This document shows, one piece after another, positions 37,524-47,492 of a DNA stretch of 64,000 nucleotides. This DNA comes from Vulcanimicrobiota bacterium (lineage in GTDB: Bacteria > Vulcanimicrobiota > Xenobia > Xenobiales > JADMJV01). Numbering within the stretch: the first letter of the stretch is position 1; every line of letters begins with the position of its first letter. Location: contig JBFWNU010000003.1 of the NCBI GenBank assembly GCA_050250895.1, forward strand, positions 459,302 to 523,301, given 5' to 3'. Under the pieces are notes generated by a model, which saw only the letters and a program-made list of their open reading frames with translations, had not been told where the DNA came from and did no database searches. Both the position numbers and the translations under genes were made by a program.

Positions 37524-37682
37524 CTTCGCGCCGCGCCGCTGGGCCGACTCAGCGAGCGTCGGCCCGGTCGCGGCTTGACGGGAGCAACGAGAACGAGCGT
37601 TCAGGAAGCCTGACTCGAGAGGCCGGCGGCGTTCTCGTCGCTCCCTGCCGGCGCTTCGCGCCGCGCCGCTGGGCCGACTCAG
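37523..37682. repeat. 30-bp perfect direct repeats enclosing a 16-bp inverted repeat
   Basis: GCTTCGCGCCGCGCCGCTGGGCCGACTCAG at 37523-37552 and 37653-37682. Inverted repeat at 37580-37595 / 37630-37645 with one mismatch. Confidence 0.9.
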
Positions 37683-40600
37683 TCCTGGATGGCGAGGCCG
37701 AAGTCGCCTACCGAGACCCAGTCTTCTTGCTGTTCCAGTTCGACTTTCTCGGGCTTGACCTGAGGGTTCTTCTTGAGCCACTGCTCGTAGTCAGCCCGCA
37801 GGCGGTGGACCTCGGCGATGGGGTCTTCCGCCCCGAGCCGGGCGGTGGGTAGGAAGAGGGCGTCTCTGCCGGCATGGGCCAGTCGGCTCAGCACCTCTCG
37901 GGCCAGGTCGGAGTCGCGATGATGCTTGAGGGCGGCGTCGCCGATGAGTAGCTCGAAGGGCATCAGTGCGGCCAGAGGGTCGCCGCAGGCGCTGGCGGCT
38001 GCTTGAAGCGGCCAGGGGCCGGCGTGCTTGGCCCGCGTCGTTTGCAACCAGTCGGCTAGCTGGACGCAGGACTGGGAGTCGAGGGTTCGCAGTTCGGCCT
38101 CGACCGCTTCGTAGACCGGCTCGTGCAGGCTCTGGTCGAGATAAGACAGGGCACCCAGCCCGGCCTGAAGCAAGAGGCTGGCGGGCGGTATCTCTTGCTT
38201 GAACCGAGTAAGCTGACCGGAGATGCCCATCACGGCTGCGGCCAGCCTGTCGTCGGGCAGCTGACTGGCGGCCAGCCGGTGGAGGAGCCCTCCCAGGGGG
38301 CCGGGCAGGCCTGCCGCGGTGGCTTTGGTGACCGGTCGGGGTTGGAGCTGCACCAGGTTCGAGGCGGCTCGCAGCAGGTGGGGGCTCGGGGCGGGCTGGC
38401 TCGGCTCGTTATAGGCGGCCAGGGCGCTCTGCAGGTTGGCCGCCGGCAGGGGTGACGTGTCGAACAACTCGAGCAGGTGGACCAGCGGCTCTTCCTGGCC
38501 CGGGGCCAGGCTGGCCAGGCCCGACCGGAGTGCGCTGGCCGGAGCCAAGGTCAGCATTTGCTGGCACAGTTTCAACCCGACCGGTAGCCGGCCTTGCTCG
38601 GGCTCGGGCCTGACCCAGCGCATGGCCGAGAAGGCGGCCCGAAGTTCGGTCGTGTTCGAGGGGTCGAGAGCCCGCAAGAAGCGCACCACCTGGGCCGCGT
38701 CCGGGTCGGCCGGGTCTTGAGCCGGCAGGAAACGCTCTAACATCGCTTGAGCCTGTTCGGGGCTGAAAGCGTCTTGACTGGCCGCCGAACAAAGGGCCAG
38801 CGAGGCCGGCAGGCCGGCAAACTTCTGACGGACCTCCCAGAAGGCGAGGGCCTGGGTGACGCGCTGCGCGGCGGTGGTCTCGTCGAGCTGAAGCTGGAAC
38901 TCGAGGAAGTCGGCCAGGGCCAGGCTGTCGGGGCCGTCGCTGTGGCTGCGCAGGCTGGCGACAGCCCCCTCGATGGCGGCGTTCTTGTTGGGCCCCGGCG
39001 TATAACCCAGGCTCTCGCGTAGCAGCGCGGCCGCGGCCGGCAAAGGGTCGTTGGCCGCCAATGTGTAGACGGCGCGTTGAAATGCCGCCGTGCGATAATC
39101 GCCGTCGGCGGCCGGCAAGGCCGAGAGGTGTCGAAGGAATTCGACCCCCTGGGCAAGCCTGGGTGAGAGGCCCTGGTCGCTCACCCGCGCCGTGACTTTG
39201 CCGACCCACTCCGCCGGAGCCACCTGGCCGTTTCGGGTCACACCGTCCCGGGCCAACAACAGAACCGGGGGCAAAGGACTCTTCTGTTCTAGTTGCTGTT
39301 GATAGCCGGTCAGGCAAAGAGGCAAGAATTCGCTGGGGTTAGCTCCCAGTTCGGCCCAGTCTGCAATGAGGCCCAGCAGGCCCGCACTTTCTGGCCGGTC
39401 GGCCTGGGCCAGGGGAAGCGCCAGTTCGAGCACCCTGGTCTGGTTTTCGGGGGTGAGATAGCCGATTAAACGGCTGGCCGCCATTACCACCGACGAGAGA
39501 CCGTCGGGGGGAGGGGCGGCCAGGCTTTCGATGGCCGTTCGTAGACCATATTGCAGGTTGGGCTCGCTTTCGAGTCCGTCCAACTGGGCCACGGCTCCCA
39601 GAAAACGGGCCACGGGGTGGCTGTCAGGCGCTATCGGAACGGCCTGGACGTGCTTTAACGCCAGCTCGGGTGGGGCTCCGTAGACGGCGCCGTGGCAGGC
39701 CCACAGCGCCGGGGGTAGGCCGGACGGCTGCAGCTTGAGTTGGTTCCAGGAGCCAACCATGTTGGACAGCACCGAACCCAATCTCTGGGGCTCTTCGAAA
39801 TCCGTGACCTGGCTCAGATAGGCTCCCAGGGCCGCGTCCTCTGGCGAGACCGGATGAGTCCTCATCAAGGCGGCCAGCTCTCGCGCAAAGTCCCGCTGGG
39901 CGGCGGGTGGGATGTAATTCAGGCAACCGGTCGAGGCGGCCAGGGCTGGTCCCACGGTGGCGCCGTCGAGCCGAGCCAGGCCATAGTAGAGGGCGTTAAA
40001 GGCCGTATCGGGGGTCTGGCAAACCTCGACGATCTGGCCGAGCAAAGCCATCAATTGGCTTTGGGACGGATTGTCGTCGGTAGGTAGGGAGTCGATAGCT
40101 TGCTTGAGCTTGGCTCGCTCGAGCTGACCCAGGGTGGCTTTGAATACGGATGTCGCCACCGACGTGCCAGCCAATCTGCCTCGCGACGAAAAGCCGCTGA
40201 GGGCCCCACGCAGCAGGGTCTCGTGCTGACCGGGCATCGCAAACTCTAGCAGGCCGCGCAGGCTGAGCAAGAACTGCTCGATCTCGCCTTTGGGTTGTCG
40301 AGCCAGGGCGTGTTCCAGGGCCAACTGGACTACCTGGGCCTGGTCCTCGATCGGCAACTGCCTGGCCAGGCCAGCAGCCAGATGGAGCACGGCCGGCAGG
40401 CTCTGGTCGGTGGCGTAGGCCTGCTGCAGTTGAGTCAAGCCATAGTAGGCCGCCCGCCCCAAGCTGTCTCGGGCCGGCTGGGATAGAGCCAGGTTTCCCA
40501 CGGCCTTGAGGAAGTCCGCCGACGGATCGCCCTGCGAGCCCTCGACCGCTAGCGCCAGCATCTCCCCCGCGCGCTCTGGTGGTAAGGCACAAAGCGAACC

Positions 40601-42721
40601 GCGGGCCATCCGCAGGGTGGGCGGCAGGCTGGCCGAGGCCGGATCCGCGTAGCCCTCGATCGAGGGACGAATCAGGCTCTCGCAGTTGGGAAGGTCCTTG
40701 AGGTGTTCGAGATAGCCAACCGCCGCCAGGGTGTCCGCCTCGTTCGTGTCCTGGCGAATCGTGGCGAGCACCCGTCCGGCCAGCTCGCTCCGTTGCTCTT
40801 GGGCGCAACTCTGCAGTGCTGTCTTGAGAATCTTGAAACCGGGGTGCACAGCATCGGGGGCGACCAGCGCGTTGAGCATCGAGCCAAATAGATAGCCTGA
40901 GTCAAAGTCCTGTTCGGCCACGGCTTCCAGGACACGATAGGCATAAGTCTGTTCTTTGGGTCGAGATTGGGCCTGACCCGCGACCAGGGTCTTGACCAGT
41001 TCGCGCTGGTTGCCGGCCGGCACCTGGCTTAGACCATTCCGCAAAAGAGTAAGCTCGAGGCCGAGGGGACCGGCTTTTTGGGGAAGGAGTTCGCGGGTAG
41101 CCCTGACGAGACCGGCCGGGCTGGCCAGCGGGGCGGCCAGTTTGTAAAATCGCACTGCTTCGGCGGGAAGGTGCGGGGTCAGCGCCTCGACCAGGGAGCT
41201 CAGTCCTTTGGCTGCCTCGTCTTGCGACAACCCGGCCACCGCGGCATTGAGGATCTCGCCCGGCGTCATCTGGTAGCCGTAGCGAAGGTTGCTGCCGAGG
41301 CTCGCCACGGCCCGCCCTGCGTCGGGCAAGCCGGCCAGGACCCTCAGCGCTTCGAGGAACGGTTCCTTAGTCGGGTGCTCGGCAAGCACAGGAGCCAGCA
41401 GAGCCTGGTAGTCGTTGGGAGAGCCGCCCACCGCGCCCAGCGCCATCAGGACGGAATCGGCCAGGCTGATTTTGTGCGCTGGCTTCGAGGCTAGCATGGT
41501 AAAGGCCGCGAGCACGGCGTCGGACGTCTTAAGGTGAGGCAGATAGGCGAAGCGCGGGTCCGAGGGTTGCGAGGCCCCCATCAATTGGATGGCCCGTTCT
41601 TGAAGGGGCGCCGGGATGGCCGGCAAGGTCTTGATCAAGCTGCTCAGCAAGTCGCCGCCCTGCCAGCCCTCGGCCATGGGCTGCATGCATCGGGCCAGTT
41701 GGGCGGGCTCGAGGTTTAAAGGCTCGAGGCTCGCCAACAGCCGACTGCGAGGGTCGCTACCCAGGCTTTTGAGGAAAGGTCGAGGGTCAGGGGTCAGGCT
41801 GGCCGCGCGAGCGTAGCCGGTCACATCCTGGATGGTCTCGAGTTCCTTGAGGCAGGCGAGTGGCTGCTTGACGTCAAGCTCGACCAGATGTTCTACATAG
41901 GCGCCTTGCCAGGAGTTGAGTCGGGTCCGGTCGGCCTGGAGCAGGGCCAGCAGACCGGGGCCGAAGGCGTGCCCGGCGGGAAGTCCACACACCAGGCTAG
42001 TCAGAGTGGCGTCGACGGGGGCCCCCGCTTTCTCGAGCAGGCGCGCGGCCGAGACCATTCGGTCGTAGTCGAGCTGCTCAGCCAGACCAGCCTTTACCAG
42101 GCTGGCCACCGGACGCTGGTCTTGCTTGAGTTCTTCCAGGGTTAACTCGGCTCCCGAGCGGATCAGGGGGTCTTTGAGTTGGGTGGGGGCCGCCAGGGCC
42201 ATGGCCGCGGCCAGCGTGGCCGTGGCGGCCGGTCCGCTCAGGCCGGGGGCAGCCGCTCCTAACACGGTCTTGGCCGTCTCGAGATTGCCATAGGGCAGGC
42301 TGGCCGCCTGGCGCACCACCTGGTGGGGCGAGGCTTCGGCGCTGTTCAAGAGGCGCTCGGCTTCCAGCAACCGCTCGCGCAAGACCTTGGGGTCGCGGCC
42401 GGCCGGGTCGCCGGGAAAGACTTTGAGCGAGCGGGGTTCGCCTTTCGGGTTGAAGGCCAGGTTCTGCTTGCCGTCGCTGGCCCAAACGGTGTCCTCTTTG
42501 AGAAAGAACCAGCCGCGCCAGCCGGAGGCCCGTCCCCGACCCTGACGATAGCGTTCGTGCTCGTCGGCCCCGAGCACCACCAGGTCCTGGCCGTCCTGGA
42601 CCAGGGCGTGTTCGGGGTTGCCCTCCTCGGCGATGGCGAAGGGAAGACAATTCAACCGCTCCGGGTTGCGGGTCACCTGACCTTGCAGAGAGCGATGGCG
42701 TTCAAAGGACAGATCGGCCAC
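37679..42721 (-). CDS. Giant Leu/Ala-rich helical-repeat hypothetical protein (1680 aa)
   Basis: Uninterrupted 5-kb ORF with no recognisable catalytic motif. Confidence 0.8.
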   Translation of the reverse strand: MADLSFERHRSLQGQVTRNPERLNCLPFAIAEEGNPEHALVQDGQDLVVLGADEHERYRQGRGRASGWRGWFFLKEDTVWASDGKQNLAFNPKGEPRSLKVFPGDPAGRDPKVLRERLLEAERLLNSAEASPHQVVRQAASLPYGNLETAKTVLGAAAPGLSGPAATATLAAAMALAAPTQLKDPLIRSGAELTLEELKQDQRPVASLVKAGLAEQLDYDRMVSAARLLEKAGAPVDATLTSLVCGLPAGHAFGPGLLALLQADRTRLNSWQGAYVEHLVELDVKQPLACLKELETIQDVTGYARAASLTPDPRPFLKSLGSDPRSRLLASLEPLNLEPAQLARCMQPMAEGWQGGDLLSSLIKTLPAIPAPLQERAIQLMGASQPSDPRFAYLPHLKTSDAVLAAFTMLASKPAHKISLADSVLMALGAVGGSPNDYQALLAPVLAEHPTKEPFLEALRVLAGLPDAGRAVASLGSNLRYGYQMTPGEILNAAVAGLSQDEAAKGLSSLVEALTPHLPAEAVRFYKLAAPLASPAGLVRATRELLPQKAGPLGLELTLLRNGLSQVPAGNQRELVKTLVAGQAQSRPKEQTYAYRVLEAVAEQDFDSGYLFGSMLNALVAPDAVHPGFKILKTALQSCAQEQRSELAGRVLATIRQDTNEADTLAAVGYLEHLKDLPNCESLIRPSIEGYADPASASLPPTLRMARGSLCALPPERAGEMLALAVEGSQGDPSADFLKAVGNLALSQPARDSLGRAAYYGLTQLQQAYATDQSLPAVLHLAAGLARQLPIEDQAQVVQLALEHALARQPKGEIEQFLLSLRGLLEFAMPGQHETLLRGALSGFSSRGRLAGTSVATSVFKATLGQLERAKLKQAIDSLPTDDNPSQSQLMALLGQIVEVCQTPDTAFNALYYGLARLDGATVGPALAASTGCLNYIPPAAQRDFARELAALMRTHPVSPEDAALGAYLSQVTDFEEPQRLGSVLSNMVGSWNQLKLQPSGLPPALWACHGAVYGAPPELALKHVQAVPIAPDSHPVARFLGAVAQLDGLESEPNLQYGLRTAIESLAAPPPDGLSSVVMAASRLIGYLTPENQTRVLELALPLAQADRPESAGLLGLIADWAELGANPSEFLPLCLTGYQQQLEQKSPLPPVLLLARDGVTRNGQVAPAEWVGKVTARVSDQGLSPRLAQGVEFLRHLSALPAADGDYRTAAFQRAVYTLAANDPLPAAAALLRESLGYTPGPNKNAAIEGAVASLRSHSDGPDSLALADFLEFQLQLDETTAAQRVTQALAFWEVRQKFAGLPASLALCSAASQDAFSPEQAQAMLERFLPAQDPADPDAAQVVRFLRALDPSNTTELRAAFSAMRWVRPEPEQGRLPVGLKLCQQMLTLAPASALRSGLASLAPGQEEPLVHLLELFDTSPLPAANLQSALAAYNEPSQPAPSPHLLRAASNLVQLQPRPVTKATAAGLPGPLGGLLHRLAASQLPDDRLAAAVMGISGQLTRFKQEIPPASLLLQAGLGALSYLDQSLHEPVYEAVEAELRTLDSQSCVQLADWLQTTRAKHAGPWPLQAAASACGDPLAALMPFELLIGDAALKHHRDSDLAREVLSRLAHAGRDALFLPTARLGAEDPIAEVHRLRADYEQWLKKNPQVKPEKVELEQQEDWVSVGDFGLAIQD

Positions 42722-42768
42722 GGCCCCAGCTTAGGGGCCGTGACTGAAAGACCGCTGAAAGTTTGGCC

Positions 42769-44106
42769 TCAGGCCGCCGCAGGACCGGCCAGGATGGCCG
42801 GGTCGGTGTGGGATTGTCGCATCAGCTCGGTAATCCAGTAGAGACGCTCGTCGAGGTCGTGCCACTTGGGCACGTCGGTGCCGCTCAGATCGTCGGGGTT
42901 GGATTGCTTGGAGCCGTCGTCCTGAATGCGGATCAGGTTGTCCCTGAGTTCCTGGTTGCCGATTTCATCGAATTCGTCCACCAGGTTACCCAGGGTCATC
43001 GGCTGGGGAATGTCGTCGCCAGCTTTGAGTTCCTGGCCGTCGAGTTCGAACGCCACCTGCGAGTTGGCGAGATCTTGAACCGGGTCGCCAGGCACGACGG
43101 TGTCGACGGCCGAGGATAGGAATCCGGTCAGGCCACCCTGTTTGTGGGGATCAAACGCCCTGTCGATTTCGTCGTCGAGGCGGATCTGCTCGTGCTCGGC
43201 CACATAGATGTTGCCGTTGAGCGTGAGTTCTTGCTTCTTGCGCACGTCGGTCTCGAACTTGGCGTCGTAGTAATTGCGGAAGGCGTCTTCCAGGGGACTG
43301 TGGTCTTGATTCTCCGGATCCGAGCGCCGAAAATCTTGCTCGTCGACCCAGCGTTGGAAAGCCTCGGGGTCCTTTGCCTCGGCATCGCCGAAAGTGTCGA
43401 TGAAACTCTGGAAGTGGGGGGCGATCTCCGAGAAGACTTCCTGATTTCCGTCGGCCAGGGCTTCGCGCGACTGGCCCGGAGTGTCGACATTGATAGGCCC
43501 GGGCAGGTCAACGTCTTCTTCACCCCGGATGCCACCACCGACGGCGTTGGAGGCGTGAGCGGCGTAGCTCAGCCAGTTGTTGCCGGCACCAGGGCCGAGC
43601 ACCTCGTCGAATTCCTGACCCAGGCGGGTGTATTCTTCGGTGATCTGGCGGTTGCGGCTGCCGGTATCGAGGTCCTCCTCCTGACGAGCGATGTCCTCGA
43701 TGCGTTCGGCGTCTTCACTCTGGGGCTCGGGCCCGCGGTGGCCCCAGCTGAAAATATTCTTGATTTTGTCGAGGAAGCCCTGAGCCGCTTCCGAGGCCTC
43801 GTTGGTGCGCTCGCCGGTGGCAGAACTGGTTTCGACGCGGTCGACGGGAGCGCTGCTTTCGGCTCGGGCCGTCTCGGCCTGGCGCTCGGCGGCGTCGGCC
43901 GAGATCGGACCCCGACCCGCCGGGGTGGTTTCGGCGCGATGCTCGGCGGCGTCGGCGCTGGTGGGCGAGCGGTCGGAGCGGGCCGGATGGCTGGCCCGGT
44001 GAGGCCCCCTGGACTCGGGATGCCGCGCCGGTCTCGGCGTTCGGGTGCGCTGGTTTCCGCGGTAGGGAGGGGTGGTGCTGCTGCGGTCCGTTCTCGTGAT
44101 GCTCAT
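42769..44106 (-). CDS. Hypothetical protein: disordered N-terminus plus a possibly DUF2515-like domain
   Basis: RNRQIT..Y, NWLSYAAHAS..G, LADGNQEVFSEI and HEQ. The family call is tentative. Confidence 0.7.
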   Translation of the reverse strand: MSITRTDRSSTTPPYRGNQRTRTPRPARHPESRGPHRASHPARSDRSPTSADAAEHRAETTPAGRGPISADAAERQAETARAESSAPVDRVETSSATGERTNEASEAAQGFLDKIKNIFSWGHRGPEPQSEDAERIEDIARQEEDLDTGSRNRQITEEYTRLGQEFDEVLGPGAGNNWLSYAAHASNAVGGGIRGEEDVDLPGPINVDTPGQSREALADGNQEVFSEIAPHFQSFIDTFGDAEAKDPEAFQRWVDEQDFRRSDPENQDHSPLEDAFRNYYDAKFETDVRKKQELTLNGNIYVAEHEQIRLDDEIDRAFDPHKQGGLTGFLSSAVDTVVPGDPVQDLANSQVAFELDGQELKAGDDIPQPMTLGNLVDEFDEIGNQELRDNLIRIQDDGSKQSNPDDLSGTDVPKWHDLDERLYWITELMRQSHTDPAILAGPAAA

Positions 44107-44245
44107 CGTATTTAAACTTTAGCTGTCGCCGAATTGGAAAAAGCTGGGAATTCGCATGGAGTTTTGACAGATTGTTTCCGCCGGGTTAACAAGATGTAAA
44201 CGCCTGGTCGGATGATCGGCTGGGCCGGACCGCGAAGGCACTCCG

Positions 44246-44830
44246 ATGCCAAAGTCTCTTTGTGTCTTTTGCGGCTCGAGTCCCGGTCGCCATCCCCTCT
44301 ACGCCGAGGCTGCCGCCGAGTTTGGGGCCAAGCTGGTGGCGGCGGGCTACCAGCTGGTCTACGGCGGGGGACGGGTCGGCCTGATGGGCATCGTGGCCGA
44401 CAGCGTGCTGCAGGCCGGCGGTGAGGTGGTGGGAGTGATCCCGCATTTTCTCAACTCGAAAGAGATTGGGCACTCTGGTGTCACTCGCCTGGAGGCGGTG
44501 GACACGATGCATGAGCGTAAGGCCCGGATGGAGAAGCTGTCGGATGCTTTCGTGGCTTTGCCCGGCGGCTTCGGCACCTACGAGGAGATTCTCGAGATCA
44601 TCACCTGGGGCCAGCTCGGGCTGCACCGCAAGCCCATCGGCTTGTTCAACCTCAAGGGCTACTACGAGCCGCTGCTGAGCCAGGTCGAGCGAGGCATCGA
44701 AGAGGGCTTCATCAAGCCCTCGTATCGCCAACTGCTCGTGGCGGCCGACAGTGCCGACGCACTGCTGGCCGCCCTCGAGCGCTACCAGCCGCCGAAGGTG
44801 AAGCAGTGGCTGGTGGCCGGCGAGACCTGA
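44246..44830 (+). CDS. LOG-family nucleotide phosphoribohydrolase (TIGR00730)
   Basis: CVFCGS, VYGGG.VGLMG, MHERK and PGGFGTYEE. Confidence 0.95.
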   Translation: MPKSLCVFCGSSPGRHPLYAEAAAEFGAKLVAAGYQLVYGGGRVGLMGIVADSVLQAGGEVVGVIPHFLNSKEIGHSGVTRLEAVDTMHERKARMEKLSDAFVALPGGFGTYEEILEIITWGQLGLHRKPIGLFNLKGYYEPLLSQVERGIEEGFIKPSYRQLLVAADSADALLAALERYQPPKVKQWLVAGET

Positions 44831-45360
44831 CCGCTTAGCGCGGCCTCAGCTCGTGGACCTGAGGTCGACCCTCGTCGGATTGGCGGACCAGCTGGGCGCC
44901 CTGGCTGCTGGTCGAGGAGCTGAAAGTCACGCTCACACTGAGTAACATTGGGTGTTTCGGCAGGTTTTTCATGGCTTGAGCCTACCAGGCACCTCTGTGG
45001 CAGCTCTCAAACCGACCCCTGTTTTGTGAACGTCAGGTTACCGGTTTGTGACAAGTTTGCTCGCTCCCGCCTCGAGGGGGCCTTGGGAAGTGGCTGGCGA
45101 CGATTGCGGCGACGGTGAAGTGACCCCGCCGGTGGTTCTTTTCTCGCTGGGAGGTCGCTGAGCCGTCGCTCCCGAGCTTATCAGCGACGGTCACGCCCTT
45201 CTTGGAAATCTCGTTTCTTAAAGAAAACTTGCACACACAAAAAACCTAGGCAATAAATCAATATATGTCTAATCGTATACCATAGATCGGCTATCAGTTC
45301 TTCAGGGTTCGAGGAGGAAACTGTTGACCGAAGAATCTCTCAGGAGAGAGGAATCCCATC

Positions 45361-45704
45361 ATGTCGCTGGGCAGAACGATCTCCGACCTGCGGAAGAAGA
45401 AGGGGCTCACCCAGGTTGAGCTTGCAGAGAAACTAGGCGTTCACCAATCTCACATCACTCGATGGGAGAGTGATCGAGTGCGGCCTCGCCAAAGTACCCT
45501 GGCCAACCTCGCCGAAGTGCTGGATTGTTCGATTGAGGAACTCCTGGTGGGCGGAAAAGAAGCGTTGGCGTCAACATCGAAGACCCAGAGCTTGTCGAGT
45601 TGCTATCGGACATTCCGAAGCTCGAAGAGGAAGAGGTCGGAGCCCTGAAGATTCTTTTGAAAGGTCTGATGTCGAGAATCCGTGTCAGAGAAGCCCTCCA
45701 ATAG
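45361..45704 (+). pseudogene. XRE/HTH_3 regulator with a frameshift near 45565
   Basis: LTQVELAEKLGVHQSHITRWE HTH. A plausible C-terminus (NIEDPELVELLSDIPKL...REALQ*) lies in another frame. Confidence 0.7.
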
Positions 45705-45897
45705 AATCGCCAAGAAGGAAGTCCTTCGAGTCATCCAGGCATTGCCACAGAACGAGCTCTCGCTCGAAGAGATTCAGGACGCCCTGGAGGAAGCCGTTCT
45801 CCGGGCCAAGGTAGATCAAGGCCTTGCCGAACTCGACAGGGGGGACTGGGTGCCCCATGACCAGGCGCTCGAAGAGCTGCGGAAGTGGCGGAGATAA
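45682..45897 (+). CDS. Putative type II antitoxin
   Basis: 71 aa, KVDQGLAELDRGDWVPHDQA; overlaps the toxin start. Confidence 0.75.
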   Translation: MSEKPSNRIAKKEVLRVIQALPQNELSLEEIQDALEEAVLRAKVDQGLAELDRGDWVPHDQALEELRKWRR

Positions 45898-46173
45898 GGT
45901 GGGCCTCTAGTTCATTGGTCGACTTGCGTGCGACCCTGGGCTACTTGGCCGAGAAAGACCCCCTGGCGGCAGAACGTTACTCGTTCGACTTCGAGAAAGC
46001 TGTGGAGCGTCTCAGAGATTGGCCCTGGAGTGGCCACCCTTTGCTCGACTACCCGAAAGAAGTCCGACAGCTTCTGGTCGCTCCATACCGGATCGTCTAC
46101 CGGGTCGCCGTCTGATGTGGTGGAGATTGTTCGCATCCTACACTTCCGGCGGCCAGTCCCAGAAGATCTCTAG
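45885..46173 (+). pseudogene. RelE/ParE-family toxin, frameshifted near 46110
   Basis: IRWASSSLVDL...PWSG...VRQLLVAPYRIVYRV, then TGA. The expected last strand VEIVRILH lies in another frame. Confidence 0.8.
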
Positions 46174-46706
46174 CCGGTGTTAGCAGTCCGCTAGACGGCG
46201 GAAACGTAGCCGGGGCGCCGGCTCGTCCTTAACCTTAAGGCGCGATAGCCGGCGCCGCGCGAGGTGGCCGTGACTGCAACGGAGGATTCAGGTCGGCGGG
46301 ACTGGACCGGGCGGCGGGCGCGCCTCTCGCACCACGTTGAACGCGATAGAGGCGCGCGCGAAAGGGACGCGCATGAAGGCCGGCAGAAACCACCCTACCG
46401 AGGACCGCTTTTGTTTCTGCCGGCCGTGGCCCCCGGAGGGGGACGGGGGGCGAACCTGCCCCTGACCAGCTCGGCCGCGGCCCAACCACACTGTCTGACA
46501 AGAGTGCTCGCGAAATTTCCGCCGGCGGCGATGGGGGCTGCGCCTTCGCTTTTGGCCACCAGGCGCAGCCCCACTGAGCCGCCGGCCCCAGCCCGCCAAC
46601 GGCCACGACGGCCGCCCTTCACCGACAATTTGAAAGGCCCAAGCCCCGGCTAAGCCGAGTCTTGGGCCTGGGTCTTTGCGCTACCGTCTCGCGCGCAGTT
46701 CTATCA

Positions 46707-46790
46707 GGTTCGACGTGGTCTGAGAACTGCGCCCGAGCGCCTTTCAGCGACGTTCACGCCCTTCTCCGTTGCAGTCCTTGCTCACGTCCC
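46707..46790. repeat. Degenerate direct repeat, copy 1 (copy 2 at 50096-50191)
   Basis: Shared blocks GGTTCGACGTGGTCTG, CCCGAGCGC and CAGTCCTTGCTCACGTCCC occur in the same order in both copies. Confidence 0.8.
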
Positions 46791-46859
46791 GCGGCGCTGG
46801 CGAGCGCCCTTTGGGCAAAGGGCGCGCCAGCGCCACACGTTGTCGGTTAATGCGAATTG

Positions 46860-47492
46860 CTAGAATTCAATCCAAGGACCAGGCCGTTGTTCTGGCTTGT
46901 TGTCGGTGGGGGCTTGCCGCAGGCCCTCCTTATCCTCGGGAAACCAGATTCTCTTGACGTGAAGAGCTTCCTTATTCCGAGCATCTTCAGCCAAGATGCG
47001 TTTTAGCTTGGCAAATCCTGGCTTCGAATCACCTCGCATCAGGTCAATTTGAGCGCTATAACACAGCGCATGATGTCGCTCATAGGACTCGAGCGTGAGT
47101 TCGGTTGCGGCGCTATCGAGATAGGTCTGAGCTTGATCCCAGAACAGAAACCGCCAGAGTACGATTCCCAGACAGTATCTCCTTCGGGCGCGGCTCAGGG
47201 GAAGGCCAAGCTCTCGCGCATCGACTTGTTCATTGAGCATTGCGAAAGCAACCTGGCACTTGCGAAGTTGTTCGATCTCTGTCGCACGATCCGCTTCATG
47301 TTGAAGGGCTGCCAATACACCTGCTGCAGAGTCATCTAATTCAAATCGCTCGAGTTGACAAATCCAATCCGGTAAAGACATATCCAGATCAACTGTGCCC
47401 GTGATCGGCTGACCGACCGATTCATTGCCGGTTTCCGTTGCTGGCGAAATCCCGGTCAAAAGAACTAACCATATGATTACAGAACTGCTCAA
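46860..47492 (-). CDS. Putative immunity protein (TPR-like, possible signal peptide)
   Basis: Starts immediately after the Rhs stop; lower GC than the surroundings. Confidence 0.55.
   Translation of the reverse strand: MSSSVIIWLVLLTGISPATETGNESVGQPITGTVDLDMSLPDWICQLERFELDDSAAGVLAALQHEADRATEIEQLRKCQVAFAMLNEQVDARELGLPLSRARRRYCLGIVLWRFLFWDQAQTYLDSAATELTLESYERHHALCYSAQIDLMRGDSKPGFAKLKRILAEDARNKEALHVKRIWFPEDKEGLRQAPTDNKPEQRPGPWIEF

Noticed and set aside
37523-37682. Mini-CRISPR (30-bp repeats)
   Set aside because: Only two repeats, a 100-bp self-complementary spacer and no cas genes.
44835-44972. 45-aa minus-strand ORF (MKNLPKHPMLL...)
   Set aside because: No motif or clear RBS; it cannot be supported from the sequence alone.
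46113-46115. Selenocysteine read-through of the TGA in the RelE/ParE toxin
   Set aside because: The missing C-terminus is in another frame and the position is not a redox Cys.
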